Assembly: GCA_963933835.1 (NCBI GenBank)
Contig: CAWVVV010000001.1
Coordinates: 128,001-192,000, forward strand
DNA: 64,000 nucleotides
Reading direction: 5' to 3'
From: an uncultured Puniceicoccaceae bacterium
GTDB taxonomy: Bacteria > Verrucomicrobiota > Verrucomicrobiia > Opitutales > Oceanipulchritudinaceae
A program made the position numbers and the translations under genes. Shown here piece by piece: positions 29,241 to 39,885 of the stretch; position 1 is the stretch's first letter, and each line of letters starts with the position of its first letter. Below the pieces are notes generated by a model, which had not been told where the DNA came from, did not search any database, and saw nothing but the letters and a program-made list of their open reading frames with translations.

Positions 29241-31880
29241 ATGAAGGGAACTCACCTCGCTCGCCTTTTCGTTTCAATCGCCTTCCTTGCATGGGCGGCA
29301 GCCTCACTCACTCCCGTGAATGACACGTCCTACGAAGACTACCTCGTAGAACGCGTCACAGATCGCATTGATCGCGATGGTGTCACCCTTCTCCTCAGCC
29401 AAGAGGAAAACGTCGAAGGATTCACCTACCTGCTCAATCGCGCTCAAGCCCGCGTCGATGCAACGGTCGCAGATGATGCGGTGACGAACTCGACGCTCTT
29501 CATTGAGCTGATGGCGATCACGACAGAGGAGAACATCGATCTCTTTGACTACTACAGTGATCTGCGCATCCGCGACATCGCCAACCTCGAGAAACGCAAT
29601 CGCCTCGTCCTTAATCGCCTTCTTCGTGATTCCAAAGGCAGCCTACAGCCCGGTCTCGACCTTGCTGGCGGAGTCTCGGTCACTCTCCAGCTCCCAGAAG
29701 AAAGCCTTCAGGCTGGCGGCAGTCTGCGTGCCCAAGAGCTTGAGCAAGCGCGCCAAGTCATTCTTAACCGGATCGACGCCTACGGTGTCGCCGAGCCGAT
29801 CGTTCGGATTAAAGGCGACAGCCAGATCGAAATCCAAATCGCCGGTCTCGACACTGATCAGAACACCGAAATCATCACCGAGCTGATCAAGCCAGCGAAG
29901 CTCGAATTCAGCGTCGTTCATCGCACCCAAACTCCCCGCTTAGGCCCTGCCCCCCTCGGCTACATCGAGCGTATCGCCGAGCGCGAAAACCCGGAGACCG
30001 GAAGCACGATCGAAATCCCACTTTTTGTTAAACGTATCCCGATCATGACGGGCGATCACCTCGACCGCGCTCGAGCAACGGTTACGAACTCCGGTGGTTT
30101 TGAAATCTTCATGGACTTCACCAAAGATGGCGGGAACATCTTCTCCGAGGTCACCGCGCAAATGGCTCGCGAGAACCAGAGCACCAATACGATCGCGCAA
30201 CTCGCTATCATTCTCGACAACAAGGTCGTTTCCTATCCAACCGTCCGCGAGCAGATCAGCGGCGGCAGCGCCGTCATCACAGGTCAGTTTTCTCAACGCG
30301 AAGCCGTCGGGATTGCAACGGCCCTGAACAACCCACTCTCGATCGATCTCGAGGTTGCTGAGCTGAAGAACGTCAGCGGCACCCTCGCTGAAGCAGCGAA
30401 AAGCTCCTCTGCTCGCGCCGCCATGATCGGTGGCGGACTCGTTATACTTTTCATGCTCGTCTGGTATGGCATCGCAGGTATCTCTGCGGTCATCACGGTG
30501 GGGCTCAATATCTTCCTCGTCATGGGTAGCCTCGCTGCCTTTGGAGCCACCCTCACCCTTCCAGGTGTGGCTGCCCTCGTTCTCACGATCGGTATGGCGG
30601 TGGATGCGACGATCCTCATCTTCGAACGTATCCGCGAAGAACTCAGAGCCGGAAAGTCGATGACCCACGCGGTCACCGATGGCTACGAGAAAGCGTTCTC
30701 CACCATCGTGGATGCGAACGTCACGACGCTGATCACTGCGCTTGTTCTGATCTACTTCGGCACCGGTCCGGTGCGTGGATTTGGACTCACCCTCGCGATT
30801 GGTATCGGTTCCACCATCATCACTGCTCTCATTACGAGCCGCCTCTTCATGGATGCCCTCGCCCACAGCGGTTTGATGAAAGGTCTTCCGAACCGCTTCA
30901 GCCTTCTCGGCAGCAAAGAGCGCCCTCTCCTCAAATTTGCCCGTCCTGCATTTCTCACTTCCTGGACGATTGTTGCGCTTGGAATCCTTGCTCTCTGGTT
31001 ACACTGGGGACAGGCATTCGGGATCGACTTCACCGGTGGCGACGAAGTGCAAGTGAGCTACGAAACAGCCCTCAGCGATGAGGAACTGATCGGTGCCGCC
31101 AATTCAGCTGGCTTCGACCAAGTCAACATTCTCCGTTTGTCTCCGATCGGTTCGAACACCGAAGTCGTTACCCTTCAAACTGAAGCTGACTTAGGCGCAG
31201 GCGTTTACGACGCCCTCGCGCTTGCCTACCCAGAAGTAGGCTTGGCGAAAATCGGCGTCACTCAGATCGGACCGAGTGTCGGTGAAGAAGTGAAGTCCGG
31301 CGCTATTAAGGCGATCGCGATCTCGCTCCTCGCCATGCTCATCTACATCGCGATGCGCTTCGAGTTCGGATTCGGCCTCGGTGCCCTGACCGCTACAGTG
31401 CACGACGTTCTTCTAACCGTCGGCGTCTTCTTTGCTTTGGGTGAGTTCCTCGGAATTGGTAGCGGGCAGTTTACCGCACCGATGATCGCAGCTGTGCTCA
31501 TGACGGTGGGTTACTCGATCAATGATACGATTGTCGTCTTTGATAGGGTTCGAGAAGAGCTTGAGCTCAACCCCGGGATGGGCCTGAAGCGTGTCATTCA
31601 CATGTCGATCAACCGCGTTTTGACTCGGACGATTTTGACCAGTTTGACAACCCTCTTTGCATCCCTCGCCCTCTACCTCTTCGGAGCTGGGGTGATCGTG
31701 GACTTCGCTCTCGTCTTCCTCATCGGCGTCATCACTGGAACCTTCTCTTCGATCTTCATCGCGAGTCCGATCTTCTACTGGTATCACAAGGGTGATCGCA
31801 AGAGCGTCGAACGGGGTGAAATGCTACCCGCCTACGACTGGGGAGCCGACGAGCCGAACAGCAGCTCTGATAAAGCCTAG
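29241..31880 (+). CDS. secDF: Fused protein translocase subunit SecDF
   Basis: GLDLAGG, IGMAVDATILIFERIREE, GIDFTGG, GYSINDTIVVFDRVRE. Confidence 0.95.
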   Translation: MKGTHLARLFVSIAFLAWAAASLTPVNDTSYEDYLVERVTDRIDRDGVTLLLSQEENVEGFTYLLNRAQARVDATVADDAVTNSTLFIELMAITTEENIDLFDYYSDLRIRDIANLEKRNRLVLNRLLRDSKGSLQPGLDLAGGVSVTLQLPEESLQAGGSLRAQELEQARQVILNRIDAYGVAEPIVRIKGDSQIEIQIAGLDTDQNTEIITELIKPAKLEFSVVHRTQTPRLGPAPLGYIERIAERENPETGSTIEIPLFVKRIPIMTGDHLDRARATVTNSGGFEIFMDFTKDGGNIFSEVTAQMARENQSTNTIAQLAIILDNKVVSYPTVREQISGGSAVITGQFSQREAVGIATALNNPLSIDLEVAELKNVSGTLAEAAKSSSARAAMIGGGLVILFMLVWYGIAGISAVITVGLNIFLVMGSLAAFGATLTLPGVAALVLTIGMAVDATILIFERIREELRAGKSMTHAVTDGYEKAFSTIVDANVTTLITALVLIYFGTGPVRGFGLTLAIGIGSTIITALITSRLFMDALAHSGLMKGLPNRFSLLGSKERPLLKFARPAFLTSWTIVALGILALWLHWGQAFGIDFTGGDEVQVSYETALSDEELIGAANSAGFDQVNILRLSPIGSNTEVVTLQTEADLGAGVYDALALAYPEVGLAKIGVTQIGPSVGEEVKSGAIKAIAISLLAMLIYIAMRFEFGFGLGALTATVHDVLLTVGVFFALGEFLGIGSGQFTAPMIAAVLMTVGYSINDTIVVFDRVREELELNPGMGLKRVIHMSINRVLTRTILTSLTTLFASLALYLFGAGVIVDFALVFLIGVITGTFSSIFIASPIFYWYHKGDRKSVERGEMLPAYDWGADEPNSSSDKA

Positions 31881-31895
31881 TCCAGCCGCTGTAAG

Positions 31896-33614
31896 ATGCG
31901 CTGGGAAATCACTCAGACTGATGAGTCCTGTGCTCAACACCTAAGCCAACGCTTAGGGATCACACCGACGGCGGCTAGCTTACTCTGGCAGCGCGGCTGG
32001 CAAACACCGGAAGATGCGGAACGCTTTTTAAAACCGCAGCTGCGGCGCTTAGGCGATCCTCTCGCGGTCGAAAATTTGCCCGCTGCGGTCGATCGTATTT
32101 TGCAGGCAATGCACAAAGACGAATCGATCCTCGTCTTTGGCGACTACGATGTCGATGGGGTCACTGCGACAACCCTCATCGTGAGTATCCTCCAGCGTTT
32201 TGGGGTGCGCCCAAAATTTGTCGTACCTCTGAGGCAAGAGGAAGGCTACGGGCTCTCAATCGCAGCCTTGGAACGCGCCCTAAAACGCGAAAAGCCCGAC
32301 TTAGTCATAGCCGTTGATTGCGGAACGAGCAGCCGAGATGAAGTCGCCTGGCTCACCGAGCAAGGCATCGGCGTCGTCATCATCGACCACCACACGGCGA
32401 AGGAGTCACTGCCCGAAAACGCGACGCTGGTGAACCCACACGTCCACGGTAATGAAGACGATGAATGGGTAGATCTCTGCGCGGTCGGACTGGTCTTTAA
32501 AGTCGTTCACGGTCTGATAAAAGTCCTCCGGGAGGAAGGTGACGCGATCGCTAAGGAGATCGATCTTCGCGACTATCTCGATCTCGTTGCAATGGGAACA
32601 ATTTCCGATCTGGTTCCCCTCCACGGCGAGAACCGAATCCTTGCCCACAACGGTCTTATATCGCTGAAGAACCCGCGACGCATCGGTCTACAAGCGCTCT
32701 ACGAGGTCGCCGGCATGCAGCTCGGCGAGGAGGTTGATCCGTTCGACATCTCTTTCCGACTCGGACCAAGAATCAATGCTTCGGGCCGACTTTATGATGC
32801 CGCTCGACCGATCGAGATGCTCCTCGGCAGCGACATGGCTACCTGTCGACAAACCGCGCAAGAACTCGACCGCTTTAACAAGGAGCGCAAAACCGTCGAA
32901 GCGGCGATCGCTGAGGAAGCAAAAAAGATCGCGGAAGCCGAACAAGCGGACGCCGCGGGCATCGTTGTCTACAATCCCGAATGGCACACCGGCGTCGTCG
33001 GGATTGTTGCCAGTCGTCTGGTACAGCGTTTCCACCGCCCTGCGATCGTCTTTGGCTCAGATGGCAATGGTACCGCTAAGGGCAGTGGTCGGTCGATCAA
33101 GGGGATCGATCTTGTTGAGGTCCTACAACGATGTGAGACGCACCTCACGAAGTGGGGCGGGCATCCGATGGCCATCGGCGTCAGTGCAGAAGCCAACTCA
33201 ATCGACGCTTTCCGCGAAGCTTTCAAAGCCTCAATACTCGAATCTGTCAGCGGCGAGATGCCTGATAAGACGCTGCAGATAGACCTAGAAATCGAGCCAG
33301 CCGAATTGAGCGACCATCTCCTTAAAGAGCTCAGTCAGCTAGCGCCTTTTGGGCAGGGCAACCGGGAACCCGTCTTTGCTCTGACCGATGTTAAAGCTAA
33401 CGATGTCCGTCCCTTTGGAGGCGACAAACACCTACGCTTTATGATCAATCGGCCAGGCTTAGCTCCCATCAGTGGTATCGCTTGGAATTCAGCGGAAAAG
33501 CCACTCCCCTCCGGAACATCGGTTGATATCGCAGTGCGTTTCCACTGGAACAACTGGAAGGGTCGGCGCACGCCGAGCCTCACTCTCGTTGATTGGAAGC
33601 CCTCGGAGAACTGA
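31896..33614 (+). CDS. recJ: ssDNA-specific exonuclease RecJ
   Basis: GDYDVDG, EGYGL, VDCG, IDHH, GPRINASGR, GSGRS, GGHPMA. Confidence 0.95.
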   Translation: MRWEITQTDESCAQHLSQRLGITPTAASLLWQRGWQTPEDAERFLKPQLRRLGDPLAVENLPAAVDRILQAMHKDESILVFGDYDVDGVTATTLIVSILQRFGVRPKFVVPLRQEEGYGLSIAALERALKREKPDLVIAVDCGTSSRDEVAWLTEQGIGVVIIDHHTAKESLPENATLVNPHVHGNEDDEWVDLCAVGLVFKVVHGLIKVLREEGDAIAKEIDLRDYLDLVAMGTISDLVPLHGENRILAHNGLISLKNPRRIGLQALYEVAGMQLGEEVDPFDISFRLGPRINASGRLYDAARPIEMLLGSDMATCRQTAQELDRFNKERKTVEAAIAEEAKKIAEAEQADAAGIVVYNPEWHTGVVGIVASRLVQRFHRPAIVFGSDGNGTAKGSGRSIKGIDLVEVLQRCETHLTKWGGHPMAIGVSAEANSIDAFREAFKASILESVSGEMPDKTLQIDLEIEPAELSDHLLKELSQLAPFGQGNREPVFALTDVKANDVRPFGGDKHLRFMINRPGLAPISGIAWNSAEKPLPSGTSVDIAVRFHWNNWKGRRTPSLTLVDWKPSEN

Positions 33615-33634
33615 GCTGGGCAGAATAAAGCGGC

Positions 33635-34000
33635 TTAGAGCTCGGTATATTTTTCCGAGCGTCCACGCGCCTTCTCAACCGGGTATTTTTCAGCATTCTG
33701 GATCAGCTTACGGTCGATCGCTTCAGCCAGATCAATCTGGGATGCGTTCGCAAACTGAAGAGCGTAGATGACCACATCAGCGATCTCTTCTTCGACACTC
33801 GTCCGGAGCCCTGGCTTTGTATCCAAGTTCCTACTCGCATCGCTCTCTGTCCATAGAAAATGCTCCATCAGCTCGCCCGCTTCCGCTGCCAATGCCATCG
33901 AGAGATTTTTAGGGCTGTGAAATTGCTCCCACTCACGCTCTTTCGCAAAAGCTAGGATGCGTGCCTTAAGTTGAGCAATTGTCGCGGATTCGTCTCCCAT
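33635..34000 (-). CDS. MazG-like nucleotide pyrophosphohydrolase (dCTP pyrophosphatase-like)
   Basis: REWEQFHSPKNLSMAL...EAGELMEHF...EEIADV...NAEKYP. Confidence 0.9.
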   Translation of the reverse strand: MGDESATIAQLKARILAFAKEREWEQFHSPKNLSMALAAEAGELMEHFLWTESDASRNLDTKPGLRTSVEEEIADVVIYALQFANASQIDLAEAIDRKLIQNAEKYPVEKARGRSEKYTEL

Positions 34001-34013
34001 GCGACGAGGTTGG

Positions 34014-34898
34014 CTAAAGACGGAATGCAGGCAAGAGTTTCGCCATATTTTCGCCTAAAATCGCCGTATGAGCGGTTGAATCCAAGACTTGCTCATCCAA
34101 TTCACGTTTCAGCGATAAGATCGCCGGGAGCTTTTCTTTACGTGGATAGAGGCGCAGCGGATAGTCTGTGCCGAAGAGAATCCGCTCATGGCCATAGAGG
34201 TCCACGACATGCTTCCAAATTTCTTTTGAATACACGAGTGGGCTCGCTGCTGTATCAACAAAGCAATTACGCAGAGCTTTCCGGACACGGGGATTCAAAG
34301 CAAAAAACGGCAAGCCTCCGCCCCAATGGGCAAAGATAAAGGACACTTCAGGAAACTGCTCAGCAAGCCACACGTAGTCCATCAGAGGCGTCTCGACCCT
34401 GCCCGTATAGTCATGGCCCGCTGGTTCGGTGACATGAAGGTTGATTGGCCACCCGTTGTCCTGCGCCCATCGGCAGATCTCCAGCCACGCCTCATCTCGC
34501 AAACTAAAGCCCTGCGCCGTCGGGTGAACCTCGCCGATACCGCACAGGCCGAGGTCATTTGCTTCATTCAATAGAGCTAGGTTAGCGGCGGCTCCTGCGC
34601 TCGGCTGAACCGACGCAAAAGAAGCGAAGCGCCCCGGATACTTTTTCACCCTTCCCGCGAGAAAGGCGTTCTGTTCGCGGCAAGTCGCGATCTCCTCCCA
34701 ATACCAGCCGAGAAGAACGGCAAGGTCGACGTCTGCCTCATCCATCGAGGCGAGAAAGGTCTCCGCGCTCGCCCAGCCCTGTGGTCCCTGCGTGACCAGC
34801 TCCACCCAATGGGTTTCACCACGCTCCTGCCCCCAGCCTGCGGGGTCAGCAAGGGCTTCTGGCGGATAATGATGCGTATGGGCGTCGATCACTGGCAT
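34014..34898 (-). CDS. Amidohydrolase_2-family metallohydrolase
   Basis: IDAHTH, GIGEVHP, NLH, FAHWGGG, LFGTDYP. Confidence 0.87.
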   Translation of the reverse strand: MPVIDAHTHHYPPEALADPAGWGQERGETHWVELVTQGPQGWASAETFLASMDEADVDLAVLLGWYWEEIATCREQNAFLAGRVKKYPGRFASFASVQPSAGAAANLALLNEANDLGLCGIGEVHPTAQGFSLRDEAWLEICRWAQDNGWPINLHVTEPAGHDYTGRVETPLMDYVWLAEQFPEVSFIFAHWGGGLPFFALNPRVRKALRNCFVDTAASPLVYSKEIWKHVVDLYGHERILFGTDYPLRLYPRKEKLPAILSLKRELDEQVLDSTAHTAILGENMAKLLPAFRL

Positions 34899-34945
34899 CG
34901 CAATAGGCCTAAGAATGGGAGGATGATCAAAACCCTAGTAATGGC

Positions 34946-34974
34946 AAAAAAAAACCCACCGGAAGACCAGTGGG
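34946..34974 (-). terminator. Intrinsic terminator after tsf
   Basis: Minus strand: cccactgg-tctt-ccggtggg followed by a 9-T tract. Confidence 0.75.
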
Positions 34975-35016
34975 GCTCGAAACGAAACGTAAGTCAGGTT
35001 ACTCTAAAAATACTAG

Positions 35017-35607
35017 CTATGCCCCAATCTGGAAACGAGCGAAGCGCTTTACAACCGTATTCTCGCCGAGCTTAGCAATGAAGTTCTTGAGCAAGTCGTC
35101 GATTGTCAGATCTGGGTTCTTCACAAATGGCTGCTCGAGGAGAACATACTGCGAGTAAACCTTCTCGATTTTACCGGCGACGATCTTCTCAACGATGTTT
35201 GCTGGCTTGCCTTCCACTTGGCCGGCAGCGACTTCGCGCTCCTTCTGGAGGACATCCTCAGGGACCTCTTCGCGGGTAACGCACATCGGAGCTGCGGCCG
35301 CGATGTGCATAGCGATGTCGCGAACGAGACTCTGGAAGTCATCTGTCTTGGCAACAAAGTCAGTTTCGCAGTTCACCTCGAGGAGGACGCCGACCTTACC
35401 ACCCATGTGGATGTAAGAGTGGACGAGACCGTCAGTAGCGGAGCGATCTGCTTTCTTATCAGCAGAGGCCATCCCCTTCTTACGAAGGATCATGACTGCG
35501 TCATCTTCGTTCCCACCAGCTTCGGTGAGGGCTTTTTTACAATCCAATAGCCCCGCGCCGGTTTTGGCGCGCAGCTCAGATACCATCTTAGCGGTAATTT
35601 GGCTCAT
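35017..35607 (-). CDS. tsf: Elongation factor Ts (short 196-aa form)
   Basis: LRAKTGAGLLDCKKAL, EVNCETDFVA, LLEQPFVK; follows rpsB. Confidence 0.97.
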   Translation of the reverse strand: MSQITAKMVSELRAKTGAGLLDCKKALTEAGGNEDDAVMILRKKGMASADKKADRSATDGLVHSYIHMGGKVGVLLEVNCETDFVAKTDDFQSLVRDIAMHIAAAAPMCVTREEVPEDVLQKEREVAAGQVEGKPANIVEKIVAGKIEKVYSQYVLLEQPFVKNPDLTIDDLLKNFIAKLGENTVVKRFARFQIGA

Positions 35608-35652
35608 TCTATCTATGTTCTAAAGGGACAATGTGAAAGTGTCTTGGTAGAC

Positions 35653-36474
35653 CTATGATTCCGAACTGAAAGTCTCTGGGACCTTTTCTTCGGTTTGCGG
35701 TGCGGCAGGATCGGCAGGAGCTACAAGCTCTTCAGTCGTGCTATCTGCAGCCTGAGGAGTGACTGTGCGCTGCTGGATAGCATCCTTTGCCTCACGGCGA
35801 GCAAGACCTGCTTGAACCGCTTCTGTGATGACATCCACAATAATGCGGACGGACTTGATCGCATCGTCATTACCAGGGATCGGATAATTAACGAGGAGCG
35901 GATCAGAGTTTGTATCAACCAGTGCGACGACTGGGATGCCGAGGCGGCGAGCCTCTGTCACAGCGATGTATTCGGTCTTCGTATCAACGACAAAGAGAGC
36001 ACCCGGCATTTCTTCGAGCCCGAGAATACCTTGAAAATTGCGATCCATCCGGGACATTTCACGGCGGATAGCGGCGACCTCCTTATTGTGCATCTTGCTC
36101 ATGGTGCCGTCTGCATCCCATGCCATGTATTTCTTATACTTAGCAATCGAGCGCTTCACGGTCGCGAAATTGGTCAGCGTACCGCCGAGCCAGCGCGTCG
36201 CAGCGTAGTGCATGTTGCAGGAATCCGCCGCTTCGCGAATAACTTCCGCTGCTTGGCGCTTAGTTCCGACAAAAAGTAGTGGCTTCCCAGAAGCAACGAG
36301 TTCTTCAACGAATTCGGCTGCTTTTTCGAGCCGCTCGTAGGTTTTCTCCAAGTCGATAATACTGATCCCGTGGCGGTGATCGTAGACGAACTTTTTCGAC
36401 TTTGGATTATAACGGCGAGTCTGGTGGCCAAAGTGGACGCCAGCATCGAGGAGGTCTTTGAGTGTAATATTCAT
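35653..36474 (-). CDS. rpsB: 30S ribosomal protein S2
   Basis: LLDAGVHFGH, FVGTK, RWLGGTLTN, DTNSDP, PGNDDAIKS. Confidence 0.98.
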   Translation of the reverse strand: MNITLKDLLDAGVHFGHQTRRYNPKSKKFVYDHRHGISIIDLEKTYERLEKAAEFVEELVASGKPLLFVGTKRQAAEVIREAADSCNMHYAATRWLGGTLTNFATVKRSIAKYKKYMAWDADGTMSKMHNKEVAAIRREMSRMDRNFQGILGLEEMPGALFVVDTKTEYIAVTEARRLGIPVVALVDTNSDPLLVNYPIPGNDDAIKSVRIIVDVITEAVQAGLARREAKDAIQQRTVTPQAADSTTEELVAPADPAAPQTEEKVPETFSSES

Positions 36475-36808
36475 GTGTTTGATCTCTCACGGGCACGGAG
36501 AGCAGACTGTATTGATTGAATCCCGCGAGACAGGTGCCGTTGCGGGGGTTGAGTTAATCTAGAATCGCCTAAGTACAAACGCGCACTTTGACGAAAAGTG
36601 GGAGAAAGTAGCCGCCTCAGGCCTCGTTACAAGGCTAAAGGGCCTACTTTTCGGAAAGAATCATTTCTACGACCCAAAGGCGTGCAGACAGGCTTGAGAC
36701 CGCCAATTAGACTTCCCAAGGACCACGAATTCAACCTAGCTCAAACCTAGGCATCGCTCGACCAGGCTCCTGCTTCGGCGCCTAGCGGCAATGCTGCTCA
36801 ATCCAGAT

Positions 36809-38092
36809 ATGAAAAACAGCTTTTATCAGGCCTTCGACTACGAACATATCGAGACGCGGCCGACGGATCCGGACGATCATCGCAATCCCTTTCAAATCGA
36901 TCGGGACCGCGTCGTGTTCTCCCCCACTTTTCGTCGTCTGCAATCGAAGACGCAGGTCTTTCAGAGCGGGGAGTATGACTTCTATCGCACACGTCTAACT
37001 CACACGATCGAAGTCGCCCACATCGCGCGTTCGATTACCGACTATCTCAACGACAACAGTCCGGAGTTCACATCAGACTTCAAAATTGACACTGATCTGG
37101 TCGAGGCGGTCGGCCTCGCGCATGACCTAGGGCACCCACCCTTCGGCCATATTGGGGAGCGAAAGCTGAACGAATTGATGCACCTGCACGGTGGCTTCGA
37201 GGGCAATGCTCAAACCCTGAGGATTCTCACTGAGCTCATTTATCAGCGAGGCGACCAACCCGTCGGGATGAAGAGCACGCGAGCCTTCCTCGACGGCGTT
37301 TTGAAGTATAAGCGTCTCTATGGTGAAGCGACCACGGGCGAGGGAGCCGCAAAGCAGTATCCAGACAACCACTTCATCTACGATCACCAGAAAAGCATCC
37401 GCGCTTTCGTTTTTTCAGGAGCGGAGATTCCTCACGAAGGAATCAATCAGATAAAAAGCATCGAATGCCAGATCATGGACTGGGCCGACGACACCGCCTA
37501 CTCGCTTCACGACATTGTCGACGGCATTCAGGCACGTTTCATCACGCTCGATAAAATTGAATCATGGAGAGACTTGCAGTCGGATTTGACCGCTATTCAA
37601 AAGCGAAAGCTCGACGAACTTCTCGAATCCATACGCAAGGGCTATTACGAGCCACGCATCGGCAGGCGGGTTGGAAAATACATTCATGCCTGCCGTATCG
37701 AAAAGTCTGATACACTGCTCTCAGAGTTCACTAACCGACACTGCTATCGCCTCTGTGTAGATTCTGAGATTGCTGAAGAATGCCAACTTTACAAAAGGAT
37801 CGCCGTCGACCTCATCTTCAAAAGTTCCCCCCTCCAGCAGATTGAATTCAAAGGGGGTCACCTCCTCGAAGGCCTCTTTAACGCCTTCACCGCTCACTAC
37901 ATCGAGCCCTGCAAGAGTCGACTTCGCATCCTCCCCAGTGCAATAGATCAACGAATCGTTGAGGAGCAGGATTTGGAGATTCGATATCGCATCATATGCG
38001 ACCATCTAGCGGCCATGACTGATACTGAAGCCCTTCGGATCCATCGACGCCTCTTCGATGCAGACTTCGCCTCCATCGCTGAGTTAACCTAG
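36809..38092 (+). CDS. dgt: dNTP (dGTP) triphosphohydrolase, HD family
   Basis: DRDRVV, FRRLQSKTQVF, RTRLTH, HDLGHPPFGH, FEGNAQ, DWADDTAY. Confidence 0.9.
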   Translation: MKNSFYQAFDYEHIETRPTDPDDHRNPFQIDRDRVVFSPTFRRLQSKTQVFQSGEYDFYRTRLTHTIEVAHIARSITDYLNDNSPEFTSDFKIDTDLVEAVGLAHDLGHPPFGHIGERKLNELMHLHGGFEGNAQTLRILTELIYQRGDQPVGMKSTRAFLDGVLKYKRLYGEATTGEGAAKQYPDNHFIYDHQKSIRAFVFSGAEIPHEGINQIKSIECQIMDWADDTAYSLHDIVDGIQARFITLDKIESWRDLQSDLTAIQKRKLDELLESIRKGYYEPRIGRRVGKYIHACRIEKSDTLLSEFTNRHCYRLCVDSEIAEECQLYKRIAVDLIFKSSPLQQIEFKGGHLLEGLFNAFTAHYIEPCKSRLRILPSAIDQRIVEEQDLEIRYRIICDHLAAMTDTEALRIHRRLFDADFASIAELT

Positions 38093-38111
38093 AAGAGCAG
38101 CAACCGTAACT

Positions 38112-38678
38112 CTAGTTTACGCTGGGGTCATCCGGCGCATCGACGATATAGCGCAGTTCAGGCGAAACATCGACAACGGTGTCACGCCAAAGCTGTCCAT
38201 CTTTAGACCGCTCAAGAAGTTCGCCCGAGACAGGCTGCACAAGCCATGCATTCTCGGTCAGTTCGCCTTCCACTTGTCCCTCTCCCCAGCCCGCATGGCC
38301 TAGATAGGCCCGCACGGTATAGTCCGGTTGATCCTCAAGAAGCGCGATCACTTGCTCTGGCGTTGCGCCAAAGTGCAGCTGCAGCGCATCACCACTATCC
38401 TGCCATCTCCAGGCCGCAAGGATGAGACCGTCGGTCTGAACAGGGCCTCCTTCAAAAACCGGCACATCGGCCAATATGCTTCCTTCATACTGCGATCGAT
38501 ATTCTGAAAGCACCTTACTCAGAGAACGGTTCAAGACCACACCGAGGGCTCCCTCCTCTTGGGTATGCTCCGAAATAAGGACCACACTGCGGCGAAAGTT
38601 GGGATCAATCAGCCCTGGGTGCGCTACAAGCACACGCCCACGCAGACTTTCAAAATTGGCTCTCTCAAGATCTCTCAT
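38112..38678 (-). CDS. YqgE/AlgH-family protein
   Basis: DPNFRRSVVL, GGPV, YLGHAGWGEGQ, ENAW, DPSVN. Confidence 0.9.
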   Translation of the reverse strand: MRDLERANFESLRGRVLVAHPGLIDPNFRRSVVLISEHTQEEGALGVVLNRSLSKVLSEYRSQYEGSILADVPVFEGGPVQTDGLILAAWRWQDSGDALQLHFGATPEQVIALLEDQPDYTVRAYLGHAGWGEGQVEGELTENAWLVQPVSGELLERSKDGQLWRDTVVDVSPELRYIVDAPDDPSVN

Positions 38679-38693
38679 GCAAACAGTAATTCT

Positions 38694-39200
38694 CTAGAGT
38701 TGTTCGACCGACACACCAGATCCACTCAGCAGTTCGTTGACCAATGGGTCGTTCCGGTAAACATCGCGAAACTTGATTCGCTTAATCCCAGCGGCGGCGA
38801 GAATCTTCGCACAATTGATACAAGGGAAATGGGTCACATACGCGGTCGCGTTTTTGAGTGAAGCTCCGCGCCGTGCGGCGTCAGCAAGCGCATTTTGTTC
38901 GGCGTGAACGACCGCTTGTTCATGACCATCGCGTACCCGACTCTCGTGCGGAGCCCCGGGCAAAAAGCCGTTGTAGCCCGCGGCGATGATGCGATTCGCC
39001 TGTTCTCCACTCGATACAAGCACACAGCCCACCTGAAGCCTTGAACAACTGCTGCGGGTTGAAATCAAGAGAGCAGTGCACATGAAATACTCGTCCCAAC
39101 TTGGACGATCTTCCAGCTTTCCAGTGACCTCAGCCAACTGCTCAAGCAATGGATACTTAATCCCCTCAGGCACCTCTACGGGCGACTCATTAACAGCCAT
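38694..39200 (-). CDS. dCMP deaminase / ComEB-family Zn deaminase
   Basis: RPSWDEYFM, GYNG, HAEQNA, PCINC. Confidence 0.9.
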   Translation of the reverse strand: MAVNESPVEVPEGIKYPLLEQLAEVTGKLEDRPSWDEYFMCTALLISTRSSCSRLQVGCVLVSSGEQANRIIAAGYNGFLPGAPHESRVRDGHEQAVVHAEQNALADAARRGASLKNATAYVTHFPCINCAKILAAAGIKRIKFRDVYRNDPLVNELLSGSGVSVEQL

Positions 39201-39313
39201 CCTCGGAGACAAATTTATGCAACCCGTCGGAGCAAACCCATTTCTTGAGGAAACGATCTCGCCTAAGAAAAGTGGTCATTGCAGCGACACTCCCCTCGCC
39301 CCTAACTAATGAC

Positions 39314-39870
39314 ATGAAAGCGATCCGATTCAGCCTCAACGCGCCCTATACGCTAGGATTTTCCGCATTGTCCGTCTTCGCTTTGCTAGCCGGCGTCGTC
39401 AGTGATCATTGGACAACGATGAACATTTTCAGCGTTGGCGATGACATGAGCTTCACAAATCCGCTGAGCTATATACGCGTTTTCTGTCACGTTTTAGGCC
39501 ATCAGGACCCGAGCCACCTCGTCTACAATCTCAGTTTCCTACTGCTCCTTGGTCCTATGCTGGAAGAGAAACACGGCATCTTTAAACTCTTTGTTGTCAC
39601 TCTCGTAACGGCTGGAATGACCGCCCTACCGATGCTTCTCTTGCCGGGAAACCTCCTTGGAGCCAGCGGGGGGTCGTCTTCGCCTTCATCATCATGTCGA
39701 GCTACACCCGTGCGTCCTCAGGGGCGATTCCCCTCTCGTTCGCGCTCGTCACCTTCCTCTTTCTTGGGCGCGAAATCTACCTGGGATTTAGTTCAGAGGA
39801 TACCGTCGCTCAATTTGCCCATATTCTCGGCGGAGGCGTCGGAGGCTTTTTCGCCGTTCGTTGGAAATAG
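39314..39870 (+). pseudogene. Rhomboid-family intramembrane serine protease, frameshifted in a G6 run at 39668-39673
   Basis: First frame: HVLGH...HLVYN...LGPMLEEK...LLGASG; shifted frame continues VVFAFIIMSS...AQFAHILGG...RWK* (TAG 39868-39870). Confidence 0.85.
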
Positions 39871-39885
39871 GGCTCCCGCTTAGGT

